The position numbers and the translations under genes are program-made. A DNA stretch of 64,000 nt from Mobula hypostoma. Its lineage: Eukaryota. The notes beneath the pieces are model-generated. The model made no database searches and had not been told where the DNA came from. It saw only the letters and a program-made list of their open reading frames with translations. Shown here piece after piece: positions 48,837-62,232 of this stretch (the first letter of the stretch is position 1; each line of letters opens with the position of its first letter). The stretch covers positions 149,360,001 through 149,424,000 of the forward strand of contig NC_086097.1 in the NCBI RefSeq assembly GCF_963921235.1, given 5' to 3'.

Positions 48837-51541
48837 GTAAGAGGGAGAAAAGAACGTAAATAAAATTGAAAATGATATCATTCAGAAGTTAAAAGTGGAA
48901 ACAATGCAAATCAGCAGAAGGTCTGTTAGAACATATTGATAGAAAACTGCAGCCAGAATCTCCATGGAGCTGATTGTGCCTCATTATCATAATTTCTTGG
49001 AGATTGAACAGATTCAGCCATGTTTGTGTCAATGTCAGAGGGAACTGAGTGAAGCAATTTCCAAAACATTGAGAGATATGAGGACTTAGCAGTAAACCTC
49101 ATGCCGGACAGTCAACTGTACTTCTATATCTGAAGAGATTGTAGACGGGAAAGTCTGGAATGTCTCCAAAGCCAAAAGCTGTAGACACTGCAAGACTATG
49201 TTTTTTTACCTGTTCAATTGAAAAGACAATGACCTGAAAATAACTTTTTCTCCATGGATTCTGCTTGAGCATTCTCAGGTTGTATTTTGTCAGAGTGGAA
49301 TAGGGCTAAAGGATTTCAGTTATGTAGAAAAAAGTAAAGCAGATTAAGAAGAGATTTATTGAAGATGTTCAAAACTATAATGGATGTTTATGTTGTAAAT
49401 TGAAAGAAGTTATCAGTTTTCGTCCCCTTATTTTAGAAACTATAAAATAACATTAGAGGCTGTTATGAAGAGATACTAAAGACTATTTCCTTGGTCAAAA
49501 GGGTTGTCGTATCAAACAAGGGCTAAAAAAATTCGATCTGTATTCCTTGTAATTTTCACAAATTAGGAGTGATATTATTGATTCCAAGGGGGCCTGAAAA
49601 AGTGAATGTTGACGTTTGCATTAGAAAAACAGATTTTGACGTAGTTACTAGATAAGAGGGCAGTCATTTAATATTGAAGCGTTAGGGATTTTTTTTCTTG
49701 AAAATAGTAATGAATATCTGGAATTTTCCATCCAGATGGTAGTGGAGGCCACTGGAGACACTTATAGAGAAGGCAGATGATATATTTAAAAAAAATCAGG
49801 GATTGAGGGCAGAGAAGATGAGGCCTGAGGTAGAACAGCTATGATCATTTTGAATGGCAGGGCAGATGTGAGGAGACAAGTCACCTCCTCCTGCTTTTAC
49901 ATTCTTTGTCATAAGAAATAAATGATAAAATAAGATAAAAGCCCTCATTTCAAAGCTGTGTTAATTTTATTGGGACAAGCTTTAAAAGTCATGATAAGGG
50001 TAAAACAAATTTTACAAAGAATGTGATTTTACTCTCATAAATCTTTCTCATGTTGGTGTTTAATTTCTATTAAAAAAAAAGCATGTTCGTGTTCTTACAA
50101 AGTGAATTTCGTCCTGCTACGTCCTGCATTCTATGCATGTATACCTTGCAGCAGAATCTATGATCAACAATTGTGAAGCAATTCCAGACCTCGCGGCCCA
50201 TATACAGTAGTTATAGGCGTGACTTTCAGACCCGGGCTGAAAATCTCTTGAGGTGTGCAAAGATGCACAGACATCTTAAAAAACTTTGAGACGGCAAGGA
50301 ACAAGGAAGTTAATGAATGAATCAATCAAAGAGTTTGAAATTGAAGGTGAAAACTTTAAAATAAAGTTGCTATAGTTCAAGGAGACAATGTGGGTCAAGG
50401 AGCAGTATGGTATTCAAAGGTTTCAAAGGTACATTTAAAGTCAGAGAAATGTATACAATATATTTCATGACTCCAGTATTACTACTATTTTTTAATGTTT
50501 CTTAATTGTACATATGACTTTTTTGTGTTCAATCGCTGAGCAGCAGTGAACCATTTGATTGGCCTATCAGAGTTCTCTTTGGGAACTCGTTGACTTGATC
50601 AGCATTTCTGATCTGGCTATTGCTCACGATTGCACTTAATAAAAAAAAATATCCTGAAATGCTTTTTCTTCGCAACCATCCACAAAAAACAGAGGAGTGC
50701 CACCAAAGAATGAATCACAGTTAAATGTTAAGAACCCCAAAGTGCCCCTCAGCTCCCCTCCCTCCCACACATAAGTGGCAGCAAGCAACGATACCCCCCT
50801 TCCCCACCAGCAAAACAAAAGCATCAGCACAAACTACTGAGCTCTCAAGTGTGATCAAAGCAACAGCAAAGACACAGACTTGCAGTACTCCAAAGACTAC
50901 TTGTTCACCCAGTATTCAACATACCACAGGCTCTCTCTCAGATAGTTAGGGTACAAGCAGCAGAATTTGGTCTTTATTTTCAGGATCTGGGCATTATTTG
51001 CAAAACCAGCATTTATTGCCAATGCTTGAGTGGTGAGCTACCTTCTTGAATGCTGTTTTCCTTTTGGTGATGCTACTCCCACAATACAGTGGGACAGGAA
51101 GTTCCAGGATTTAAATTCAGCAACAAGGAAAGACTGGTGATATATTTCCAAATAAGAATGGTGCATGATGTGGAGGGCAACCTGAGGTGGTTGTGTTTCC
51201 TTGTGGCTTCTTGGTGATAGAGGTTATGAGTTTAGGAAGTTGCTGATATGACAGTAAAGAGAATAGATTTAGGCTACACAACAAAAATTGATCGGCAGGT
51301 AAGCTAGGTAGTGAAATGGCAGGATGGATTTTGGTCCTGTTAAGTACAAAGTGATATACTTTGGGAGGTTTAATAGGATATACATCATGAATTTAGGATC
51401 ATAGGGAATGTTAAGGAAAAGAGGAACCTATGGACGGGCTACAAGTCTAGGTCTCTAAAGGTAGCAACACAAGTACAGTAGATAAGATGGTGAAGAAGGC
51501 AAATGGAATGCACCCCTGTTTGACCAAGGCATACAGTAAGG

Positions 51542-52136
51542 CAGTGGTTCCCAACCACCGGGCCGCGCTCCGGTACTGGGCCGCAAAGCATGTGCTACCA
51601 GGCCGCGAGGAAATGATATGATTTGGCGATATTAAACGATATGTGTCAGCTGCACCTTTCCTCATTCCCTGTCACGCACTGTTGAACTTGAAATAACCTA
51701 CCAAATCACACCAAATAACACATAAAACCTAAAATAACACTAACATATAGTAAAAGCAGAAATGATATGATAAATACACAGCCTATATAAAGTAGAAATA
51801 ATGTATGTACCGTGTAGTTTCACTTAACAGAATCGGGAAGATTAAGCCAAAACTGATTTGTAGAAAAAAAATCGGCACATATATGCATGCGCATGTCATG
51901 TATGCGTATGTCACGCATGCACACACAGGTGCCTGCGCAAGGCTTCATGGTCATGGTAGTCTTTCTCAGGATAAACTCAAGTGTCCCATATTTGACTGCT
52001 ACTTTTGTCCCTTATTTGGGAGTGAGAAAGTTGGTAACCCTACTTGAAACCCGCCCCCCCCAGCCCGTTGGCCGGTCCGCAAGAATATTGTCAATATTAA
52101 ACTGGTCCGCGGTGCAAAAAAAGTTGGGGACCCCTG
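51542..52136. mobile_element. hAT-type non-autonomous transposon
   Basis: TIRs cagtggttcccaac / gttggggacccctg; perfect 8-bp TSD cagtaagg (51534-51541 and 52137-52144); inserted in a CR1 remnant. Confidence 0.92.
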
Positions 52137-53049
52137 CAGTAAGGAGCATGGAGGTCAAGGTACAACTTTATGGAACTTCTTTTAGGTCACAGGTGTAACA
52201 TTTTATGTAGTTCTGTTTGCCACAGTATTAGGGTGTAATTCACTGGAGTGCATGCAGAGGAGATTTACCAGCATGTTGCTTGGGATGCTATCAGAAGAGA
52301 TTGGATAATGCAGGGTGTATTTTCTTTGAAGTGGAGGCAGTGAAAGAGGCCCTGATAGAGGTTAAAAAAATTATTAGAGGCCAAAATAGATGGGTGGGTG
52401 CAAACATCTTCCCCATAATGGAGACTCTGAAACTAAAGGGGATAGTTGCTCTTTGCAGGTCACCATTTGAGATTGTGGCAAAGGCATTTCCTTTCTATAT
52501 CATTTAATAAAATGTATGGATGAGCAGCTGGATTGACAAGGCAGGGATACAGTAGCTGTGTACCAAATGAGAAAAATGGGATTAGTATAGATAGATAATT
52601 GATGATGAGCATGGATGTAATGGGCCAGAGGATCGGTCTCTCTGCTGTTCGATTCAATAGCTCTCGACTTTATCAGCCCGTCATTAAATGTTAATAACTA
52701 AACTGCAAATGCTTACAATCTGAAATAAAATGATACTCAGTGGGTCAGGCAGGATCTGTGGAAAGAGAAACAGAAATAATGTTTCAGGTCAAAGACCCTT
52801 TGTCAGAATAGAGAAAGAGATAAAAGTTTTAAATTGCTAAACAGTGCAAGTTAATGGATTGATAAGAAAAAGGAGAATATCTATAAAAAGATTAAGCCAG
52901 GGCTTCTGTGGTGAGGAGCAGAGATGCTGAGTTTTGGAGGTCCAATAAACCTCAGCTTATTGATGCTTCTTCATTACCTCTTCCGTTAGTCTGTTGAGCA
53001 CCTCAGAATAAGAATCAGAAGCAGGTTTAATATCACTGGCATATGTCGC

Positions 53050-53640
53050 GGGCTAAGCATGCCTCACTGAGGTGTGCCAGTGTTGATTGTCAGCGAGGAG
53101 GAGATGGTATTTTTGATCTGCACTGACTGTGGTCTCCCTGTGAAGAAGTCAAGGATCCATTTGCAGAGGGAGCTACAGAAGCCCAGGTTCTGAAGCTTGT
53201 TGATTAGAACTGAGGGTATGATTGTGTTGGATGCAGAGCAGTAAATAATAAACAGCAGCCGGAGGCAGGTATTGCAATTGTCCTGTTGATCCAAGACCAA
53301 GTGCAGAGCCAGTGAGATTGCATCTGCTGAAGCCCTAATGTGGTGAAAGGAAAATTGCAATGGGTCCAGGTCCTTGCTTAGGTAATAGTTGATTGCCTCT
53401 CAAAGCACTTCATCACAGTAGATGTGAGTGCAACTGTATGATAGTCACTGAGGCAGCTCACCCTTTTCTTCTTGGGCACTGGTATGACTGTCACCCTTCT
53501 GAAGCAGGTGGGAATCTCTGACTGCAGTAGTGAGAGATTGAAGATGTCCTTGAACACTCCAGACAGTTGGTTGGCACAGGTTTGCATTGCCCTACAAGGT
53601 ACACCATCAGGGACTGACACCTTGCAAGGGTTCAACTTCA
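53050..53640 (-). mobile_element. Rex/Babar-like LINE RT fragment
   Basis: PDGVP...CANQLSGVFKDIFNLSL...IPVPKK...VALTS.VMKCFER and SLCKWILDF.TGRPQ.V...NTG.PQ. Confidence 0.8.
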
Positions 53641-53881
53641 CCTTCACCAGAAGGACGTACAGATAAGGGGAATAGCAAAGAAGTAGCTGACGGAATGCAA
53701 TGTATGATCAATCACTTTGGTAGAAGAAATAAAGGCATAGACTATTTTGTAAAGGGAGAGCAAATTCAGAAATCAGAGGTGCAAAGGGATTTGGGAGTCC
53801 TATAGCAAGATCCCTTGAAGGTTAACTTGCAGGCTGTGTTGGTAGTGAGGAAGGCAAATGCAATGTTAACATTCATTTCAA

Positions 53882-56447
53882 CAGTAGCCTGGATATAGGG
53901 TGCAAGTTGAATCAAGAGTTAAAATTGGCATGTCACAAAGGAAATGCTACAGTTGTTTTGGGAGATTTCAACATGCAGGTGGACTGGGAAAATTAGGTTA
54001 GTACTGGGCCCCAAGAAAGGGAGTTTGTGGAGTGCCTCCGAGATGGATTCTTAGAGCAGCTTTTACTGAAGCCTACCAGGGGGAAGGCAATTCTGGATCT
54101 AGTGTTGTGTAATGAACCGGATTTGATAAGGGAACTCGAGGTAAAGGAACCATTAGGAGGGAGTGAGCATAATATGATAAATTTTAATCTACAATTTGAG
54201 AGGGAGAAGGAAAAATTGGAAGTGTCGGTATTACAGTTGAACAAAGGGGACTATGGAGCCATGAAGGAGGAGCTGGCCAAAGTTGACGGGAAAGATACCC
54301 TAGCAGGGATGACAGTGGAACAGCAATGACAAGTGTTTCTGGGAATAACGCGGAAGGTGCAGGATCAGTTCACTCCAAAAAGGAAGAAAGATTCTAAGGG
54401 GAGTAAGGGGTGACCGTGGCTGACAAGGGAAGTCAAAGACAGTATAAAAATAAAAGAGAAGTATAATACAGCAAAGATGAGCAGGAAGCCAGAGGATTGG
54501 GAAACTTTTAAGGAGCAACAGAAGATAACTGAAAAGGCAATACAGGGAGAAAAGATGAGGTACGAAGGTAAGCTAGCCAAGAATATGAAGGAGGATAGTA
54601 AAAGCTTCTTTAGGTATGTGAAAAGGAAAAAATTAGTTAAGACCAAAGTTGGGCCCTTGAAGACAGAAACAGGTGAATTTATCATGGAGAACAAAGAAAT
54701 GGCAGATGAGTTGAACAGGTACTTTGGATCTGTCTTCACTGGGGAAGACACAAACAATCTCCCAATGTAATAGTGGCCAGAGGTCCTAGGGTAACGGAGG
54801 AACTGAAGGAAATTCACATTAGGCAGAAAATGGTGTTGGATAGACTGATGGGACTGAAGGCTGATAAATCCCCAGGGTACTTAAGGAGTTGGCCCTAGAA
54901 ATCGTGGACACGTTGGTAAACTTTGGAAAATTCAGGATCTGTTCTATAGATTCTATAGAATCAGGATCAGTTCCTGTGGATTGGAGGGTAGCTAATGTTA
55001 TCCCACTTTTTAAGAAAGGAGGGACAGAAAAAACAGGAAATTATAGACCAGTTAGTCTGACATCAGTGGTGGGGAAGATGCTGGAGTCAATTATAAAAGA
55101 CGAAATAGCAGCACATTTGGATAGCAGTAACAGGATCGGTCCGAGTCAGTATGGATTTATGAAGGGGAAATCATGCTTGGCTAATGTTCTGGAATTTTTT
55201 GTGGATGTAACTGTGAAATATGGGCAAGGGAGAGCCAGTGGATGTAGTGTACCTGGACTTTCAGAAAGCCTTTGATAAGGTCCCACATAAGAGATTAGTG
55301 GGCAAAATTGGAGCACATGGTATTGGGGGTAGGGTACTGACATGGATCGTAAATTGGTTGGCAGACAGGAAACAAAGAGTAGGGATTAATGGGTCCCTTT
55401 CAGAATGGCAGGCAGTGAAAAGTGGGGTACCGCAAGGCTCGGTGCTGGAACTGCAGCTATTTGCAATATACATTAATGATTTAGATGAAGGGATTAAAAG
55501 TAACATTAGCAAATTTGCAGATGACACAAAGCTAGGTGGCAGTGTGAAATGTGAGGAGGATGTCATGAAAATGCAAGGTGACTTGGACAGGTTGGGTGAG
55601 TGGCAGATGCAGTTGGACAGGTTAAGATGCATGGCAGATGCAGTTTAATGTGGATAAATGTGAGGTTATCTACTTTGGTGGCAAGAACAGGAATGCAGAT
55701 TACTATCTGAATGGTGTCAAGTTAGGAAAAGGGGAAGTACAATGAGATCAAGGTGTCCTTGTTCATCAGTTACTGAAAGCAAGCATGCAGATACAGCAGG
55801 CAGTGAAGAAAGCTAATAGCATGTTGGCCTTCATAACTAAGGGTATAGGAGCAAAGAGGTCCTTCTGCAGTTGTACAGGGCCCTGGTGAGACCACACCTG
55901 GAGTATCGTGTACAGTTTTGGTCTCCAAATTTGAGGAAGGACATTCTTGCTATTGAGGGAGTGCAGCGTAGTTTCACAAGGTTAATTCCCGGGATGGCGG
56001 GACTGTCATATGTCGAAAGATTGGAGCGACTGGGCTTGCATACACTGGAATTTAGAAGGATGAGAGGGGATCTGATTGAAACATATAAGATTATTAAGGG
56101 TTGGACATGCTAGAGGCAGGAAACATGTTTCCGATGTTGGGGGAGTCCAGAACCAGAGGACACAGTTTAAGAATAAGGGGTAGGCCATTTAGAATGGAGT
56201 TGAGGAAAAACTTTTTTACCCAGAGAGTTGTGGATCTGTGGAATGCTCTGCCTCAGAAGGCAGTGGAGGCCAATTCTCTGGATGCTTTCAAGAAAGAGTT
56301 AGATAGATCACTTAAAGATAGTGGAGTCAAGGGATATGGGGAGAAGGCAGGAACGGGGCACTGATTGTGGATGATCAGCCATGATCACAGTGAATGGCAG
56401 TGCTGGCTCGAAGGCCCAAATGGCCTACTCCTGCACCTATTGTCTAT
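53882..56447 (+). mobile_element. Long CR1 LINE ORF2 remnant (endonuclease to 3' end), nested in an older CR1
   Basis: GDFN, LDLVLCN, SEH, NYRPVSLTS, SGVPQGSVL, KFADDTK and TRGHSL motifs with stops and frameshifts. Host CR1 at about 53645-53881 resumes at about 56448-56940. Confidence 0.92.
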
Positions 56448-57974
56448 AATATAAAAATGAGGATTTAATGCTAAGGCTTTATAAGGCATTAGTCAGACCA
56501 CAGTTGTAAGCAGTTTTGGGCCCCATATCAAAGAAAGGATGTGCTAGTATTGGAGAAGATCCAGAGAAGGTTTATGACAATGACCCAAGGAATGAAAGGG
56601 TTAAGGTATGAGGAGTATTTGATGGCTCTAGGCCTGTTAGCTGCTGGAGATTAGAAGAATGAGGGGGGAATCTTATTGAAAGCTTCTGAATATTGAAAGG
56701 CCCTGGCTGAGTGGACATGGAGAGGATTTTTCCAGTAGTCGGAGAATCTAGAACCAGAGAGCAGAATTTCCCAGTAGAAGGACACCTCTTTAGAACAGAC
56801 ACTGGCAGGATAGAGGGTGGTGAATCTGTGGAATTCTTTGCCATAGACAACTGTGAAGGCCAAGTTTTTGGGTTTATTTAAAATGAATGTTGATAGATTC
56901 TTGATTAGTAAGAATGGGGAGAATGGGGTTGAAAGGGAAAATAAATGAATGAATAAATATGTGTAGCACAGAATTCAGTGGATATGCAGCCCAATCAGAA
57001 AATAAATTTCTTCTGAACCTCATCCTGATTGAGAACAATCTTCTACGTCTAGTCATCCCAAAAAGTCTCCCAACATCTACCCTGTCAATTTCTTATATGT
57101 TTCAATGAGGTCACTTCTCATTTAGCTGAATTCTGAAAAGTACTCGCATATTCCACACCATCTGTTTTAGGACAATCCTTCATTTTTCAAACAAATCTAA
57201 CCTGATCCCCTATCCACCATTCGGTACAGAGAGAGAAACTGCACACAGAACACCACAAATGACCTGAATTTGCAGGAAGATTTGCTCGTACCTAAGAATA
57301 TAAAAACATAAGAAATGGAAACATGAGTAGGACAGCTGTCCTTAAGGTCTACCTACTATTCAACGAGATGTTATCTCAGTGCCAGGAATATGGACCATGT
57401 GCAGGCAGAAGGGATTAGTTTAATTATGTATCATTAGCATGATTAGTTCAGCAGTCCATTGTGGGCCAATCATAAAATTTATGTTAACTTATGTTTGTGT
57501 TATGTTTGTCCTCGTCTTGTAATGTACTCTGCTCCTGCAAAGCAATGGCATTTAACCGGTGTGTGTATGCCTATGACAATAATAAACTTGAACTTAATCT
57601 AAAACTCTATCAATCTCTGTCCAGAATATACTAAGCCTTCACAGCCCTACTGTTCACTGAAGGTTAAGGGGAGAAGATACTCATCACTGTCTTGAAAGAC
57701 TGACCCCTAGTTTTAAGATGGTGAACATCGACTTTAAGGGCAACATCAACTAAACGCTGATATGCCAAGCCACCAAAGAGCTTTTTATGTTTCAAACTGA
57801 TCGCCAAGCTCCCTCAGAGAGTACCAACAAGCCATTTGTCTTACTAGTTTGTGCTACGTGTACATGCCTAGCCAATGCAGTTCTTGAATTTGTACATCAA
57901 GGTACCTCTGTGCTTTGATAACAAGCCATTAAAAATAACATTTTAGCTTTTTTTCTTTTTTTCCTACCAAAATA

Positions 57975-58835
57975 TAAAGGTTGCAGATGACGCAAAGGTT
58001 GCTGGTGTTGTGTAGAGTGTAGAAGATTGTCATAGATTAAAACAGGACATTGATATGTTGGAGAATTGGGCTGAGATGTGGCAGATGGAGTTCAATCTGG
58101 AGAAGTGTAAAGTGATACGTTTTGGAAGGTTGAACCTAAAGGCAGAGCATACGGTTAATGGCAGGATTCTTAGCTGTGTAGAGGAATAGCGGGATCCTGG
58201 GATCCACGTCCATAGATCCCACAAAGTTGGCATGCATGTTGATAGGATGGTTAAGAAGGCATATGATGAGTTGACCATAATTCATCAGGGGTTTGAGTTC
58301 AAGAGCTTTGAGATAAAGTTTAGTTCTATAAACTCTGGTTAGACCACCTTTGGAATATTGTGTTGAGTTCTGGTCACTTCATTATAGGAAGGATGTGGAA
58401 GCTTTAGAGAGGAAACTTACCAGCATGTCTTCTGAGGAAAGTTTTAGTGTGCTAGGGCATTTCCCTTTAGAAAGGAAGTTGAGAGGTGACTTGCTAAAGG
58501 TGTATAAGATTATAAGAGGTATTGATAGAGTGGATAGCTAGCATCCTTTCCCCAAAGTGGAAGTGGCTAGTAAAAGAAGTCATAATTTTAAGGTGATTGG
58601 AGGAAAGTGTAGGGTGGAATGTTAGGGGTAGAGTTTTTACACAGAGTGATGTATAATTGGAACATACAAGTTATTATTGACTTTAAGACTCTCAGAATGA
58701 CACATGGATGAAAAAAATTTGAAGGCCATGTTGGAGGAAAGCATTAATTTGATCTTGGAGTAGGTTAAAAGGTTGGCACAACATCATGGACCATGTACTG
58801 TTCCATGTTCTGTATTCTATGTTTTGTGTTCTATA
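57975..58835 (+). mobile_element. CR1 LINE 3' fragment
   Basis: ADDAK..., WAEMWQMEFN and LEYCVEFWS motifs; ttctat tail. Confidence 0.8.
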
Positions 58836-59611
58836 GCAACATCTCTTGAATAACATCTGAACAACTCTGTACATTTGACCCAGGGTCCCATAGTAATTTA
58901 AATATTATCAAGTTTCTGGGAACTTCAATTCAAATCCTGGATCACCTGCTGCCTTTCAGGACACATGGTCCACCTGTTGACTGTACACTGTATTTTGGGA
59001 TGAGGCTTGTGAAGCTACTTGTGTTAAAAAGGAGCTCATCCCCACAAGCAGGCTACTGAAGATGTCCTCAGATACGGTTATCAAGTTGTTATTTATTACA
59101 TGATCCTAACTGCTGACGTTAGCAGGTTGTTTGATCATACGAGAATTAATTTGAAGACAAATTCTTTTAATTTCAGTAGTACCAACACCAGACACTTGAT
59201 GGCAGTCAAGATCAACAACCCTGGTTCATTAATTTTTAGTTCTCTTACCAGTGACAGGAACAAGTACAGCCATTGCTGCAGGCTAATATCTGAACAAACC
59301 ATGAAATGAACCAAGAGCATTTTCACTTAAGAACTGCAATGACTTTAACCATCACTTGTTTCTCTTACTTTGGCCATTCTCTCTCAGCTGGGTGCAGGAA
59401 TTTGGAGAGGATGCATGTGTAAATTCTAGGAAATGTTCTCAAGCTCTGCCATGCTTCCTCGGGTTGGTTAACAAAGAAAGCAACTGGTCTTCATTATATC
59501 TGCCTGAACATCCAAAACTCCAATTTAAAGCCAATTAAGTACTTTTAAATCAGAACTGACAGATTGTGTTGAAAAAATGGACAGCAAATTTCCATTCAGT
59601 CTTACTTCTCA

Positions 59612-60310
59612 AATTAGATTAGATTATGAGAACACTCAGTCCTCTTTTATTGTCATTTCTTAATGCATATATGCATTAAGAAATGATACAATGTTTCTCC
59701 GGAGTGATACCACAGAAAACAGGACAGACCAAAGACAAACACTGACAGAACCACATAATTATAACATATACTTACAGCAGTACAAAACAATACCATAATT
59801 TTATGAAGAACAGACCATGGGCACAGTAAAAAAAAAGTCTCAAAGTCCCGAGTTGATCGCCTCCCAAGTCCCCGATAGCAGGCGGCAAAAGGGAGAAACT
59901 CCCTGCCATAAGCTTCCAGGCACTGTCAACTTGCCGATACCTTGGAAGCAGCTGACCACAGCCGACACTTTGTCCATCCGTCCAAAAACTCCGAGCTTCC
60001 GGCCAGCCCCTCTGATACAGCCTCCCAAGTGCCATCCTTTGCTGAGCGCCTTCAATCTCTCCCTGGCCACTGAAACACGCAAAGCCGAGGATTTCGAGGC
60101 CTTCAGCTCTGGAGGTTCCGGTTACCACACAGTAGCAGCGGCAGCGAAGCGGGCATTTCAGAAATTTTGCAGATGTTCCTCCATGCTCTCGAGTCTATCT
60201 CCATCAAATCAGAATTGTGCACGGTCCCCTACTTGACAGATAACAGACATCATCTCCAAAGTGGCCATGTGCACTGCCATCGTGCCGTCATCTTCTCCCC
60301 CCTCCCGGGA
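59612..60310 (-). mobile_element. Non-autonomous LINE-derived element with (TAATC)n tail
   Basis: attagattagatta tail, ttttattgtcatt (reverse aataaaa) and a GC-rich 5' part beginning ggagaagatgacgg on the - strand. Confidence 0.5.
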
Positions 60311-60893
60311 GGATTTATAGGTACAGTGATGACTATAAACCTATTTTATTGATGCTGGTTGAGGAATAAATATTGACTGGGACACCGAGGGGAAACTGAA
60401 AATCAAAAGAAAAACTGCAGATGCTGGAAATCTGAAATAAAAGAGAAAATGATTTGACCTGAAATCTTTCCATCTATACACGTTGACATACTGAGTATTT
60501 GCAGTATTTTCTGCTTTTCTATTATTAACAGCTACTGATCCTTCTCTTCCTTGAAACTGTCTCTCTCTGGGTTCACTCCTGCTTAGTCTGTTTAAGATAA
60601 TTGAGTTACCATGGCTGCCATGCATCATGCTCCTGGCAGAGGAGGCAAGGAAAAGACTGGAAACAGCAATTAGTTAAAACATTCACACTGGACCAGGAAT
60701 AGTACAAGAGACACAACTATGAAGGCTAGTCATTTGAAGAAAGGGCCAACCATGAATTGCCTGGATAAGTATACAATGTTCTTATAAAAATGAGCATGTT
60801 TTAATGAAAATAAAGGTCTGAACAGTGTTTTCATTCTTGGACTGTCTTAAGATTGTGGAAACTGATAAAAATGTTTGTGTTCTTTTCTCTCAG

Positions 60894-61000
60894 GTTTCCT
60901 GATGCATTCCGTACATTCAGTGCCTTCAGGCAGAAATTTGCTAATGTTTCTGGTTACTGTTACTGTGCTGATAGATTAGGGCGCGAGCTTCAGGGTACTG
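60894..61000 (+). CDS. TG: Thyroglobulin exon 6 (gene continues beyond window)
   Basis: Acceptor ttctctcag|G and donor G|gtgagt; 107 nt. Encodes FPDAFRTFSAFRQKFANVSGYCYCADRLGRELQGT. Confidence 0.96.
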
Positions 61001-61169
61001 GTGAGTGAACAGTCTTTAATGAACAGGATTTAAAATAAATTTCATTAATATTCAATTCCCCTGTATTTCTATTGCCATGTGGTCTTTACAGAGGTGGAAG
61101 TCAAGACTATTATTTCACCTCTTTTAGCTTTGTGCTGAAGCAGTATAGCTGAGTTTACAATTGGTCTTC

Positions 61170-61372
61170 ACAACAGACCAAAAATGCTGGATTCTGGAGG
61201 AACTCAGTAGGTCAGGCCGCATCTGTGGAAGGAAGTGGACAGTTGATGATTCAGGTTGGGACTCCTTCAACAAATCTCGGGCGTCAACAATCCTAATGAA
61301 GGGTCTCAGCCTGAGATGTCGACTGTTTGCCAACCTCTATAGATGCTGCCTGATCCGCTGAGTTTCCAGAGC
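61170..61372. repeat. Inverted pair of Penelope hammerhead/tail segments
   Basis: A - strand tail (61170-61270) abuts a + strand copy (tcctaatgaagggtctcagcctgagatgtcgactg...gatgctgcctgatccgctgagtttcca). Confidence 0.7.
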
Positions 61373-62232
61373 TTGAAAGAACTCATGTTTGCTGAGCTAG
61401 ACTAGCTTCAAACTAAGCAGTAGCTCTACTTAAACATCCCCATCCTTGCTTACTGAGTGGAAAAAAGAGAGGCTAGCTTAATGCATTGGAAAGTGGAGGC
61501 CCTGAGGTGACAGGAGGTTTCTGTGACCGTGAGCTGAGGCAGAGACAGAAAGGGCAGTAATATGGAGGTAGAAATAGAGGATATGAAGGTGAATGTGGAT
61601 GTACTGGTTAAAAAAGATAAAAATGCTAAAAATGATAAAATTAATAAAGGGATATAACTAACAATAAGGAATACAAATCCATTTGGATTGAGCTAACAGA
61701 CAAGTAGATTTGCATCATTATACCTAGGGATGTAGAATCCAAAGGTAGTGAGATCATATTAAGTTAAGACTATATTCTTTAGACTGACTGGTTAGGATGA
61801 ACATCTTACAATCACAGGAAGTTGCAGAAGACCTTGGTCTAAATGCTTTCATAATAAAACTTGATCAGTAGGTGGGAGAAAAAGAACAGAAGATATGCTG
61901 AAAGGCTGAGATGTGGAATCTAGATTGGGAGTTGATCTTTATAGAGTATAAACACTAGCACAAATTGGAGTTGACTTGAATGTCTCTTGAGCATTCAAGA
62001 TAATTGAAATAAACAGGAAAGGAACTTTATGCCCAAAGGCCAGTCAGTTTTCTTATGGCCAAATCATACTTTAAGTGCATTTTTCTATTCTCCAGGTACA
62101 TTTTTAATTATTTTCCAAATATGCTATAAGTGTTACCCACAGTAATCAGTTGATACTGAAGCCCTTTTTTTCATCAATTTACTTGCATAGGGAGCACCCA
62201 AAATGCAGAAACCACATGACTACTTTACCATA

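Noticed and set aside
53882..56447. Intact, active CR1 reverse transcriptase gene
   Set aside because: Multiple stops and frameshifts, a deletion near 54875 and a small duplication near 55600.
59045..59090. Possible third hammerhead (ctgaaga...)
   Set aside because: No GAAA box or convincing stems; at most a very decayed remnant.
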